A stretch of DNA of 58,084 bases, taken from the sequence record SRR20825006_1106; one strand, given 5' to 3'. The position numbers and the translations under genes are program-made. Shown here in pieces: positions 8,233-17,941 of the stretch (the first letter of the stretch is position 1; each line of letters starts with the position of its first letter). The notes beneath the pieces were generated by a model. The model was not told the DNA's origin and made no database searches. It worked only from the letters and a program-made list of their open reading frames with translations.

Positions 8233-11200
8233 TCAAAATGAAAATCTAATTCCGAATCGGAATGTTCTCGGGTTAAAAAAGTTAAAGAAACGCTGATCAG
8301 GCATGTTGATATATGCCTTTTCATCTAACACTTTTTTCACTTTATCACTGTCAGCATCTACAAAAGAGCCGTTTACATACTGATAATATTTAGCTTCAAT
8401 AGAGTTGTAATACAATGCTCTAGTATTTGGGTTCGAAACATTTGTATGATCTGTAGTTACTTCTATTGGTACAAAATCAACATCTGGAGCTCTATAATCA
8501 CCAGGACGGTCATTACCAGGTACTCTAGAATTAAGAAGATTTATCTCTTCTAATTTATCTTTTGGCAATTGAAGAGAAGCCATATAATTCAGATAATCAG
8601 TACCTGTTACCGCGCCCATGTTGAATATATTGAGCACTCTTTGATTTAACACGTTACTAACATCCATAAAGAAATTAACTCTTCGATTTTCGTTAAATTT
8701 AATTTCTTTAGACAACCTTAAAGAGGTAGACCAAGAATCTCTTAACTGGAAGTTACGTATCACACCTGGCATTGAGCCACCGCCAGTATAAGTTATATAA
8801 CTACCAGCACTCCAAGAAACAATTGTACTAAAATTCCAATCAGCCAAAGGTTTACTACCCATCAATGTAGGTCCAAATTCTTTTGGAGACTTCATATATA
8901 GTTGAACTCTAGCGTATGGCTGAGGAATTGGCTTTGAAATATCATTTTCACTAGTCGAACGGTCATAAGCTCTTTGCTCGAAAGAGTTTTGATATACTTC
9001 TAATGATCCAAACAAACCTGATGATCTTACACTGTAAGTATAACTCACTTCACCCCAGATTAAATCTGATGGTTGCTTTTTCAAAGTTACTTCAAGACCT
9101 CTAATATCTTCATAAGAATACGGCTTACTCACAGAATAAGACCCGTCATTACTTCCGTATACATCAATAACTATTGGTTGTTGGCTCAAATCTTTGTAAT
9201 AACCACTAACTCTGAAAAGATATTTGTTAAATAGATTTTGCTCATAACCTAACTCATAAGAAACAGTTTTTGGAATCTTATTCTCAGGAGCAGCAATTCT
9301 AACAATAGAATTAGTGAATGGCTCAACTCTTACTAAATACAAATCTTCTGGATCTGGAAGTTGTAAGAAGTGACCGTAATTAAAAAACAACTTACTGTTA
9401 TCAGTGATTGGGAAAGCTACACCTAATCTTGGTTGAAAGATTAACTGTGGTTTTACACTGTATGTATTTAATGAGTCAATATTGGTGTTACCACCGCTTT
9501 TAAATACATCGTCAAAGGTATCGTATTCGTACCAATCTATATTAGGATCAGCATAAGTAAATCTTAAACCAACATTTGCAATCATTCCTTTGAACTCAAG
9601 CTTGTCTTGAACATAGGCAGATAATCTTATTGGCGTTGTATCCCACTTTGAAGAATATCTTCCTGAAGGCAGGTTCTTATCAAATGAACCGTAGTTTATA
9701 TCACTATGAGTTCTAATCAATTCTAAACCAGCTTTAACTTGGTTTACTCTATCTAATTGACTAGTAACAGCAAAACTGGTTGTTAGTACAGATACCTCTG
9801 AGCTATCTCGTGAATTACTCATACCAATACCCATTCTCATACCAGAACCAATACCACTGCTTTGGTCTTCAAAAAATCCGTACGGGCCTTCATCAAAATC
9901 AAGACCGCCAATTGTAACAGCACCAGGAGCTCCTCTATAAGCACCAGGATTAGTACTATTCTTTGTAGCAAATCTGTTCATTTTTACTTCATAGAAAGTA
10001 GTATTAGTAATAGTATGAGTAAACTGAACACCAATATTAGAAGTGGTCACTTTAGTTGGAGCCCAATAATCACTTGCATAAATACGAGTGTCAATGTAAC
10101 TCACTTGATCCATACTACTCGCAATACCTGTCGGCGACACAAAGAAGCCAGGATTACCCGATTGACTAGAACCAGTACCTGTTTGAGTACCATAAAGACC
10201 GTCGAATGAAAGCTTCATACCTGGAGCAACATTACTTGTAAGCTTACCCATCCAAGTTGTGCTTTCATAAGCATCTTCTGATAATGGAATAAAATATTCG
10301 GTATTGGTTTTACGAAAAGATGTAGAAAATCTGAGATTACCCATTTTTTCACTTAAAAATGGAACGGGACCACCTAACGTTAAATCAATTTCATAATCTG
10401 ATTCATCAATTTCCATTTCCTTTCTGTGTTGCCATAGAAATAATTGTTGTGCTCCTTCTGGAGTTAAATCATTACTAGGGTCATCATCAGATAACAATTC
10501 TTGAGAAACCTCATTCCAACCTTTAAAAACTGGATACTCATCTTGGGTATATACATCCCAATTTCCATTATCTGTACCAGTCCATGCAACATCATCATCC
10601 AAAAAAGGACGAATCCAATATGAATCTGGATCATTAACACTTTGTCCAAAATTCTTTGCTTGCGGTGGAGTTACCCTCACAATACCATCAAGAGTATACC
10701 TATCAGGATTACCTTCTTTACTGGTAACGTTTACAACACCCGAACGCACATCACCATATTCAGCGTTAAAACCACCCGTTTGAACCTGAACATTCTCAAT
10801 TGAGGTCACACTAATACCTGTAAACGGTGTATTATCTCGTTCAGATCGCAAGCTCAAGCCATTTAAATTAAAAGACACTTCATCACTACCACTACCACGA
10901 ACACTTAAACCCTCAATACCAGCCTGCAAACCAATTGCAGAGGTTACACTCGTAATAGGAAGCGCTTCGAGCTCACTTTTATTAATACTAGATAGACTAG
11001 AAGAAACATCCCTTTTTATTATAGGCTTTTCAGCTATAACTACAATTTCTTCACCCTCAATAAGCTGCTCTGAAAGCGAAAAATTAATTTCAGTTGTTAA
11101 TCCAATCTCAATTTGCACATCCTCAACTTTAACAGTAGCAAAGCCAATGTAGGTTGCCTTTAAAACGTAAGTACCTGCACTTAAATTTAAGATTGTATAG

Positions 11201-11376
11201 TATCCATCTGCATCAGATGAAGTTCCTGTGGTAGTTTGGTCTACGATAACATTTACCCCTGGCAAAGGATCGCCATTAGTATCAGTTACACGCCCTGTGA
11301 CTTTACCGGTTTGGGCATACAGGGAGGCTGATAATAAAAAAAGAATGATAGTAGACAGTAACGGTTTTTTACCCAT
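8233..11376 (-). CDS. TonB-dependent receptor with N-terminal carboxypeptidase-regulatory-like domain
   Basis: Signal peptide; GKVTGRVTD.NGDPLPGVNV N-domain; plug motifs VRGSGSDEV and VQTGGFNAEYG..RSGVVNVTSK; barrel motifs QPRLGVAFPI and YELGYEQ; C-terminal PRTFRFGIRFSF. Start taken at MGKKPLL. Confidence 0.92.
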   Translation of the reverse strand: MGKKPLLSTIILFLLSASLYAQTGKVTGRVTDTNGDPLPGVNVIVDQTTTGTSSDADGYYTILNLSAGTYVLKATYIGFATVKVEDVQIEIGLTTEINFSLSEQLIEGEEIVVIAEKPIIKRDVSSSLSSINKSELEALPITSVTSAIGLQAGIEGLSVRGSGSDEVSFNLNGLSLRSERDNTPFTGISVTSIENVQVQTGGFNAEYGDVRSGVVNVTSKEGNPDRYTLDGIVRVTPPQAKNFGQSVNDPDSYWIRPFLDDDVAWTGTDNGNWDVYTQDEYPVFKGWNEVSQELLSDDDPSNDLTPEGAQQLFLWQHRKEMEIDESDYEIDLTLGGPVPFLSEKMGNLRFSTSFRKTNTEYFIPLSEDAYESTTWMGKLTSNVAPGMKLSFDGLYGTQTGTGSSQSGNPGFFVSPTGIASSMDQVSYIDTRIYASDYWAPTKVTTSNIGVQFTHTITNTTFYEVKMNRFATKNSTNPGAYRGAPGAVTIGGLDFDEGPYGFFEDQSSGIGSGMRMGIGMSNSRDSSEVSVLTTSFAVTSQLDRVNQVKAGLELIRTHSDINYGSFDKNLPSGRYSSKWDTTPIRLSAYVQDKLEFKGMIANVGLRFTYADPNIDWYEYDTFDDVFKSGGNTNIDSLNTYSVKPQLIFQPRLGVAFPITDNSKLFFNYGHFLQLPDPEDLYLVRVEPFTNSIVRIAAPENKIPKTVSYELGYEQNLFNKYLFRVSGYYKDLSQQPIVIDVYGSNDGSYSVSKPYSYEDIRGLEVTLKKQPSDLIWGEVSYTYSVRSSGLFGSLEVYQNSFEQRAYDRSTSENDISKPIPQPYARVQLYMKSPKEFGPTLMGSKPLADWNFSTIVSWSAGSYITYTGGGSMPGVIRNFQLRDSWSTSLRLSKEIKFNENRRVNFFMDVSNVLNQRVLNIFNMGAVTGTDYLNYMASLQLPKDKLEEINLLNSRVPGNDRPGDYRAPDVDFVPIEVTTDHTNVSNPNTRALYYNSIEAKYYQYVNGSFVDADSDKVKKVLDEKAYINMPDQRFFNFFNPRTFRFGIRFSF

Positions 11377-11417
11377 TGGGTGCTGATTAAGTTTCTTGTT
11401 CCTGCATTTACCACACA

Positions 11418-11526
11418 TTAAGGAAAAGTTTACTCTGAGTAAAATCCTAATTGCGATGGTTTTTACATTTAAAGTTATTTTACAAATTCTTACAATTCGT
11501 GTTCTTTATTTTTCAATTTTTTACAA
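11418..11526. promoter_or_regulatory. Divergent promoter region with palindrome and TTACAA repeat array (candidate operator)
   Basis: TTTACTC-T-GAGTAAA palindrome at 11429-11443; TTACA(A) at 11463, 11480, 11490, 11521 and TTTCAA at 11511. Confidence 0.4.
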
Positions 11527-11593
11527 AAGCATTTTTCGATTTAATCATCCATATTGTCCCTTCGATAAAACACTAGAGAATATATTTTTAACC

Positions 11594-12373
11594 ATGAGTA
11601 CCACTTACACAAGCTATTTACAAATAAACCCGCTTTTGGAACTACAAAAGCTTCAATCTTCTCCAAAAGAACACGATGAAATGCTTTTCATCATAATACA
11701 TCAAACATATGAATTATGGTTCAAACAAATTCTTCATGAGTTTACAAAACTTTCGTCGGAACTCAACGATGGAAATACATGGGGTTCTGTAAAAACTTTA
11801 CGTAGAGTTTTAACCATTTTTAAGACTTTAGTTGGTCAAATTGACATTCTTGAAACCATGACTCCCCTAGAGTTTAATAGCTTTCGGAAATTTTTGGGTC
11901 AGTCTAGTGGCTTTCAGTCTTTACAATTCCGAGAAATAGAAATCCTCTGTGGTTTACGTTTTCCTTTAATGAAGGAAGCTCATAAAGAAGTTCCAGCTCA
12001 TCTTTTAGTACTCGAGAAGCGTATGGAGCAACTAACTCTTTGGGAAAGTTTCTGTAACTACCTTTCGCATAAAGGATATGATGCAAAACCCATCCGAGAA
12101 AATGAAAAAGGTCTGTTATTCAACCCTTCAGATAAAATTCAGTCTACTTTGATTGAAGTGATGAACTCAAACCCAGAAGCAGCCATGGTTAGTGAACTTT
12201 TAGTAGATTTTGATGAAGGTCTTCAGGAATGGAGATACCGACACGTTAAGATGGTAGAGCGAACCATTGGAACAAAAAAAGGAACGGGCGGTTCTGATGG
12301 CGTTACATATCTTAAAAAAACATTAGATCGTTCAATCTTTCCAGATTTATGGGCGATTCGATCTGAGTTTTAA
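11594..12373 (+). CDS. kynA: Tryptophan 2,3-dioxygenase
   Basis: Motifs Y.SYLQI..LL.LQ, HDEMLFIIIHQTYELWFKQ, LETMTP.EF..FR, SSGFQS.QFR, WRYRHV.MVERTIG.K.GTGGS.G..YL. Start moved to MSTTYTSY. Confidence 0.95.
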   Translation: MSTTYTSYLQINPLLELQKLQSSPKEHDEMLFIIIHQTYELWFKQILHEFTKLSSELNDGNTWGSVKTLRRVLTIFKTLVGQIDILETMTPLEFNSFRKFLGQSSGFQSLQFREIEILCGLRFPLMKEAHKEVPAHLLVLEKRMEQLTLWESFCNYLSHKGYDAKPIRENEKGLLFNPSDKIQSTLIEVMNSNPEAAMVSELLVDFDEGLQEWRYRHVKMVERTIGTKKGTGGSDGVTYLKKTLDRSIFPDLWAIRSEF

Positions 12374-12513
12374 AACTCTTTATTACTGATTTTTTTACGC
12401 CTCCATGATTTGCTTAATTTATTGTTAACTTTTCTCATTGTTAATTAACACAATCCATTTCAGAGACCGAAGTACTCAAATAGTGCTTACCCACTTCTCA
12501 ATTATATTCTATT

Positions 12514-13698
12514 ATGTTAGATATCGATCAATTAGCCCACTCACTAACTCCTCATTACTCACACTTTAAAGTTTCGGAACGGCTTTTATTTACTGGACAC
12601 TCTCACCAAGCTTGGCCAGATGTTGCTTTAGAAGGACAAAAAGAATACTTCTTGGATTCAGCTGAACTAGTAGATAAGAAATGGGAGAAAGCTGCTGAGA
12701 AAACAGAAATTCTTAGAAACTACTTACGTAACTTTTATGACGACCCTGACGGCTTTTATTGTCGAGAAGAAAACACGCACTTTCTATTTGTGAGTTGGTT
12801 AAGTAGCCTTGACCTTAAACAGAAGCCAAAGGTTATTTCTACTGATGGTGAATTTCATTCCCTATACCGACAATTACACCGGCTTGAAGAAAACGGACTT
12901 GAAGTAGCATGGGTAGAAACCAATCCTGATGAAACTTTTGCAAAGCGCATTATTGCAGAGATGGATGATAGAACTTCTGCAGTAATGCTTTCTAGAGTTT
13001 ATTTTGAATCTAGTTTGATAAACACTCATCTATCAGAAATTGCTAAAGCGGCTCGGGATAAAGGCATCCCCGTTCTTATTGATGACTACCACGGAACTAA
13101 TGTAGCTCCACTATCTATACGCAATGCAGATTTAGAAGACTGCTTTTTCATGATTGGTGGCTATAAATATTTACAATGGGGAGAGGCTAATTGCTTCCTC
13201 CGTTTTCCAAAAAACTGTGACCTTCGGCCTGCAATTACAGGTTGGTTTGCTTCGTTCAGCACACTTGAAAAGCCGAGAACCTCTGCCCTTACCGAATATG
13301 ACAATTCTGATCAAAGATTTGCAAGTGGAACTTATGACCCTTCTTCTCAATATAGAGCCGCTAAGGTAGTAGAATTTTTTAAAGAACAGAATCTAACTCC
13401 CGAAATATTAAGAGAACAGTATCAACAAAAAGTTGGGTTACTAAAAGATCATTTTCAGAATCTCAATATCTCACCTAGCCTAATAAAACTTACCCATACT
13501 CGTGATTTAGAATTTAATGGCGGATTTCTGTCCCTTACCTCGCCTAAAGCACAAGAGATACGAGCTCGTCTTCTCGAGAAAGACATATTTACTGATGCTA
13601 GAGGAAACATCATTAGATTTGGCCCAGCTCCTTATACTACTACAGCCCAAATTGAACAAGTGATGAAAGAACTTAACATTGTAATTGATGCACTTTAA
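12514..13698 (+). CDS. kynU: Kynureninase-like class V PLP enzyme
   Basis: Class V PLP motifs (LIDDYH, GGYKYLQWG, PAITGWFA, DARG..IRFGPAPY); located next to kynA. Confidence 0.75.
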   Translation: MLDIDQLAHSLTPHYSHFKVSERLLFTGHSHQAWPDVALEGQKEYFLDSAELVDKKWEKAAEKTEILRNYLRNFYDDPDGFYCREENTHFLFVSWLSSLDLKQKPKVISTDGEFHSLYRQLHRLEENGLEVAWVETNPDETFAKRIIAEMDDRTSAVMLSRVYFESSLINTHLSEIAKAARDKGIPVLIDDYHGTNVAPLSIRNADLEDCFFMIGGYKYLQWGEANCFLRFPKNCDLRPAITGWFASFSTLEKPRTSALTEYDNSDQRFASGTYDPSSQYRAAKVVEFFKEQNLTPEILREQYQQKVGLLKDHFQNLNISPSLIKLTHTRDLEFNGGFLSLTSPKAQEIRARLLEKDIFTDARGNIIRFGPAPYTTTAQIEQVMKELNIVIDAL

Positions 13699-14800
13699 AA
13701 AATACAGATCCATTTTCGCACTGGTTGCTACCTTAATACTTTTGCAAAGCAACATAATTGCGCAAAACAAAATTTCAGGCAAGGTATTAGATAAGGAAGA
13801 TTCTGAACCAATCATCGGTGCTCAGATTTTTCTAAGCGGGACAACTATTGGAACCGTTAGTAATGCTGATGGACACTTTATATTAGATGGGATTCCAGAA
13901 GGAATTTATGAACTGCTAGTAACATCGTTAGGGTATAACAGGGTTTCTTCTGAACTGAATACAAGTAAAATTAAGCCTTCTTACTCCTTTACACTTGAAT
14001 CTCAAGTCTATGAATTAAATGAACTCACCGTTGTGCCAAATTCAGAAGATTGGAAATACAATTTTGAAGAGTTTGAACGAATTTTTATTGGTGAGGGTCC
14101 ATTTTCTAAAGACACTAAAATCATTAATAAAGAGGTTCTAAATTTCGATTTCGACCCCACAACTAGGGTTTTAACTGCCTACGCTTACGATAAACTAGTT
14201 ATTGAGAATAAAGCATTAGGCTATAGAATTAGTTATTTCCTTGAAAGCTTCACTCTAGATTATAAGAATAAAATAACCTCCTATTTAGGACGACCACTCT
14301 TTGAACTTTTGACAAGTAAAAGAAAAAGAACCCAATCTAAATGGAAGAAGAACAGAGCTCTCGCTTATAATGGATCCTTTCAGCACTTTGTAGAGTCTCT
14401 GATCGAAAATAAGGTTGCTGAAAATGGATATACTATAAAAGGAGAAATGCGGAAAGATGGATCTCGTTATATTGGGAAAGAAACTGTTCATCAAAATGTG
14501 TTCTTTGCACAAATAGATAGCTCTAATTTTGAACTAAGTTTTATCAATTTTCTCAATGTCACATACGAAAATGAGCTCGAAGACATTACTTACTTATACT
14601 ATCTAAGCTCACCTATCTCGTCCAATAACCGCATGCTTGTTCTTCCTCAAACATCTATGCTCACTTTAAACCAAGCATCTGTCAAAATTCATGAATCGGG
14701 ATACATTTATGATTCTCTAGCTATTCTTTTTGATGGTTATTGGGGCTTTGAGAAAATGTCTGATACCGTTCCTTTAAATTTTATCCCAGAGTCTGATTAA
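13688..14800 (+). CDS. Exported protein with carboxypeptidase-like regulatory (CarbopepD_reg_2) N-terminal domain
   Basis: Signal peptide; ISGKVLDKEDSEPIIGA.IFLSGTTIGTVSNADGHF...SLGY; C-terminal GYW..EKMSDTVP motif typical of FCB hypothetical proteins. Confidence 0.75.
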   Translation: MHFKKYRSIFALVATLILLQSNIIAQNKISGKVLDKEDSEPIIGAQIFLSGTTIGTVSNADGHFILDGIPEGIYELLVTSLGYNRVSSELNTSKIKPSYSFTLESQVYELNELTVVPNSEDWKYNFEEFERIFIGEGPFSKDTKIINKEVLNFDFDPTTRVLTAYAYDKLVIENKALGYRISYFLESFTLDYKNKITSYLGRPLFELLTSKRKRTQSKWKKNRALAYNGSFQHFVESLIENKVAENGYTIKGEMRKDGSRYIGKETVHQNVFFAQIDSSNFELSFINFLNVTYENELEDITYLYYLSSPISSNNRMLVLPQTSMLTLNQASVKIHESGYIYDSLAILFDGYWGFEKMSDTVPLNFIPESD

Positions 14801-14874
14801 ATTTTTTTTGTAAGGAATTTTATAAAAGCCGCTCTAACATATATATCATACACATCAGAAAAATAAAATATCTA

Positions 14875-14953
14875 TTTGCAATTACATATATTGAACATAT
14901 ATTCTTTGCAATGTTTATGTGACACGTTCTGACACTCTGTATGTGTAACTTTG
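14875..14953 (+). promoter_or_regulatory. recA promoter/operator region
   Basis: TAACTTTG (Bacteroidota-type -7 element TAnnTTTG) at 14946-14953; GAACATATATTC near-palindrome at 14893-14904; TGACAC direct repeat at 14920 and 14930. Confidence 0.45.
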
Positions 14954-14988
14954 CATAAAGTAACATTCTAAAATTAACGAATAACATC

Positions 14989-16038
14989 ATGGCTGAATCA
15001 AACGACAAACTTAAAGCGATAGACATTGCCCTAGGACAAATAGAAAAACAGCACGGCAAAGGCACCATTATGAAATTGGGCGACGATGCCATGCAAGACG
15101 TAGATGTAATTTCTACGGGCTCAATTATGGTAGATTATGCCTTAGGAGTACAAGGTGTGCCACGTGGGCGTATTACCGAGATTTATGGCCCAGAAGCAAG
15201 TGGTAAAACAACTCTGGCTTTACAAGTTATTGCTGAAGCTCAAAAAAACGGTGGCTATGCTGCTTTTATTGATGCAGAACACGCGTTTGATCCACGATAT
15301 GCAAGAGCATTAGGTATTAAAGTTGATGAACTTCTAGTTTCTCAACCTGATAGTGGTGAACAAGCTCTAGAAATTACAGAGACGTTGATTCGCTCTGGTG
15401 CTTTAGATGTTATTGTAGTTGATTCTGTTGCAGCTCTTGTTCCTCGCGCTGAACTTGAAGGTGAAATGGGTGACTCTCATATGGGTTTACAAGCTCGTTT
15501 GATGTCACAAGCACTTAGAAAAATTACGGGAATTGTTAGCAAATCTCATACTTCTTGTATTTTTATTAACCAGGTACGCGAGAAGATTGGCGTAATGTTT
15601 GGTAACCCAGAAACCACAACTGGTGGCCGTGCTCTAAAATTTTACTCTTCAGTACGTATAGATATCCGAAGAATTGGCGCTATCAAAAAGGGTGACGAAA
15701 TATTGGGTAATAGAACTAAAGTTAAAATTGCCAAAAACAAAGTTGCTCCACCATTTAAAGTTGTTGAATTCAATATCATGTATGGTAAAGGAATCTCAAA
15801 GACATCTGAGATACTTGATTTAGCTGTTGAGTTTGATATCATCCAGAAGCGAGGAAGCTGGTTTAGATACGATGGTGAACCTATTGGTCAAGGCGCCGAC
15901 TCTGCGATGCAATTCCTTGAAGAGGATGCTGCATTATGTGCAAAAATTGAAAAAATTGTTCGTGCAAAGTTGAAAGGCGAGGAAATTGAAGAAATCGCTT
16001 CCGTTTCAGCAGAAACTACTACTGAAAGTGCTAAATAA
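14989..16038 (+). CDS. recA: Recombinase RecA
   Basis: [16 protein letters not shown] Walker [44 protein letters not shown]. Confidence 0.99.
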   Translation: MAESNDKLKAIDIALGQIEKQHGKGTIMKLGDDAMQDVDVISTGSIMVDYALGVQGVPRGRITEIYGPEASGKTTLALQVIAEAQKNGGYAAFIDAEHAFDPRYARALGIKVDELLVSQPDSGEQALEITETLIRSGALDVIVVDSVAALVPRAELEGEMGDSHMGLQARLMSQALRKITGIVSKSHTSCIFINQVREKIGVMFGNPETTTGGRALKFYSSVRIDIRRIGAIKKGDEILGNRTKVKIAKNKVAPPFKVVEFNIMYGKGISKTSEILDLAVEFDIIQKRGSWFRYDGEPIGQGADSAMQFLEEDAALCAKIEKIVRAKLKGEEIEEIASVSAETTTESAK

Positions 16039-16056
16039 GTTTCTATACTAAATTCT

Positions 16057-16094
16057 AAGAACAGCTCGTATTTATTTTCGAGCTGTTCTTTTTT
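16057..16094 (+). terminator. Terminator between recA and recX
   Basis: AAGAACAGCTCG-N10-CGAGCTGTTCTT followed by TTTT. Confidence 0.85.
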
Positions 16095-16105
16095 ATATAT
16101 CCTTT

Positions 16106-16771
16106 ATGGATAACCCAAAAGAATTCGATTTTCCAATAACAATTGCACGCATTGAAGTGCAAAAGAAGAACCATGCACGCTATTCTCTGTATTCGGATAC
16201 AGAATTTATTTTAGGTGTGTCTGATGCCGCTCTGGCAAAACTAAATATTCGAAAAGGTTCTGTATTAACAACCTCACTTTATGAACAAATTATCAAGGAG
16301 GAGACTTTTTGGAAGACAAGGGAATATTTAATTCGCTTACTTTCAAGGCGAGATCATGCTAGTTTTGAATTACAACAAAAAGCAGCTAAGAAAGAGTTTA
16401 CCCCTGAAATAATTAACCAAATTATTGAAGAATTAGAGCAGAAAGGATATATCAATAATCAAGCCTTTGCACTAAAGTACGTACACGATAAGTTTGAGTT
16501 TAATAAATGGGGAAGCAATAGAATTCGTACTGAACTTATTAGAAAAAATATTCCTAAACACTATATTGAGTCTGCAATAGACCACCATTTTGGTAGTGAA
16601 AAAGTACAAGCCACATTAATGGCTCTTACTTTAAAAAAGAAATCACAATTATTAAGAACTAGTCCAGAAAAAAGAAAAAAGAAATTGTTCGACTTTTTAA
16701 TGAGAAAAGGCTACGATACGAACAGCATTTTAAAAGAGATTGACGCACTAGTTAAGTTAGTTGAAGAATGA
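16106..16771 (+). CDS. recX: Regulatory protein RecX
   Basis: Directly after recA; LLSRRDHAS.EL..K, GYIN...FA, KWG..RI..EL, FLMRKGY motifs. Confidence 0.9.
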   Translation: MDNPKEFDFPITIARIEVQKKNHARYSLYSDTEFILGVSDAALAKLNIRKGSVLTTSLYEQIIKEETFWKTREYLIRLLSRRDHASFELQQKAAKKEFTPEIINQIIEELEQKGYINNQAFALKYVHDKFEFNKWGSNRIRTELIRKNIPKHYIESAIDHHFGSEKVQATLMALTLKKKSQLLRTSPEKRKKKLFDFLMRKGYDTNSILKEIDALVKLVEE

Positions 16772-17856
16772 AAAACATAACTCTTGAACGAGTAATTAAA
16801 TTTGGTATTGGTATAGCCGCACTTGTTGTAGTTGGGCTAATATTATACAATTACGCTACCTTAGTGCTGTATTTAATTCTCGCAATGATTCTAAGTTACG
16901 TGTTAGACCCAACCGTAAATTGGTTGCAAAGAAATAGAGTCAACAGAACATTTTCAATCGCACTAACACTCACCGCTGTTATTCTGATTTTTGTTTATAT
17001 ATCAACTAGCATTATCCCAATTGTTGCTGAGCAAATGGTTGAGCTCACAAGTCAATTAGATATTCGTAATATTGAAATGATTGCTACAAAAGTTGAAGCC
17101 AAATTAAGTGCCGACTATAAATTTATCCCAGAAGGTTTTTTAAGTGATAATATTTCGAGAATATTGAATGACCTTTTCGATTTTAATAAGTTTTCAAATG
17201 TTTTAAGTGATGTTGTTAGCGTATTCACTGATATTTTTTCTGCAATACTAGTAGTTCCTTTTGCTGCTTTTTTCTTCCTTAAAGATGGAAGTAAAATTCG
17301 AAGAGATGTTCTCACCTTAGTACCTAATAAGTACTTTGAAACTACGCTTACTTTAATTGACAAAATTGAGAAAAGACTTAGTATATACTTTAGAAGTGTC
17401 CTACTTCAAAGTCTGTTAGTGGCACTTGCTTCTTGGGGAACTTTATCTGTTGCAGGGCTTAACAACTCACTTTCAGTTGGTATTGCTGTGGGTGTTGCTA
17501 ACACTATTCCCTATTTTGGGCCAATTATTGGATACATACTTTCGGTAATTATATCCATTATAGAGACTGGTGATTTTTCTTTAGTTCTTGTTTGCTTGCT
17601 CGCAATCTTTGTGGTTCAAATGCTGGACAATATTTTGCTACAACCCATGCTTTTTTCTCGCTCAGCAGATATGCACCCAGTTGCCATTTTATTTATCATT
17701 CTTATTGGCGCTGAAACCGCTGGAGTGCTAGGTATGCTTGTTGCAATTCCAATTGCAACCGTAATAAAAATTACCATTAATCAGATTACATGGAGTTTTA
17801 ATAACTACCAAGTTTTTCGTCGAGATACACTACTAAATAAAACTTCGTCTGGCTAA
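16768..17856 (+). CDS. AI-2E family transporter
   Basis: Multi-TM protein; SYVLDP.V..L, FFFLKDG, IPYFGPIIG, Q.LDN.LLQP, MHPV, GMLVAIP motifs. Confidence 0.9.
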   Translation: MKNITLERVIKFGIGIAALVVVGLILYNYATLVLYLILAMILSYVLDPTVNWLQRNRVNRTFSIALTLTAVILIFVYISTSIIPIVAEQMVELTSQLDIRNIEMIATKVEAKLSADYKFIPEGFLSDNISRILNDLFDFNKFSNVLSDVVSVFTDIFSAILVVPFAAFFFLKDGSKIRRDVLTLVPNKYFETTLTLIDKIEKRLSIYFRSVLLQSLLVALASWGTLSVAGLNNSLSVGIAVGVANTIPYFGPIIGYILSVIISIIETGDFSLVLVCLLAIFVVQMLDNILLQPMLFSRSADMHPVAILFIILIGAETAGVLGMLVAIPIATVIKITINQITWSFNNYQVFRRDTLLNKTSSG

Positions 17857-17941
17857 ATTTTACTCATCTTTCTTCTTTATTGCTTTCAAAGTTTCCCTAT
17901 CTTAATAAGGCATATCAGCAACGCCAAAAACTTTATTTACA

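Noticed and set aside
11396-11593. 66-residue hydrophobic N-terminal extension on tryptophan dioxygenase in the ORF track
   Set aside because: It starts at TTG and runs through the AT-rich divergent promoter region; family similarity begins at the ATG at 11594.
12421-12450. Palindrome TGTTAATTAACA and ATTGTTAA repeat between kynA and kynU
   Set aside because: Almost entirely A/T and seen once; expected by chance at this base composition.
14820-15092. 90-aa ORF antisense to the recA start
   Set aside because: Mostly the reverse complement of recA and its promoter; no independent coding evidence.
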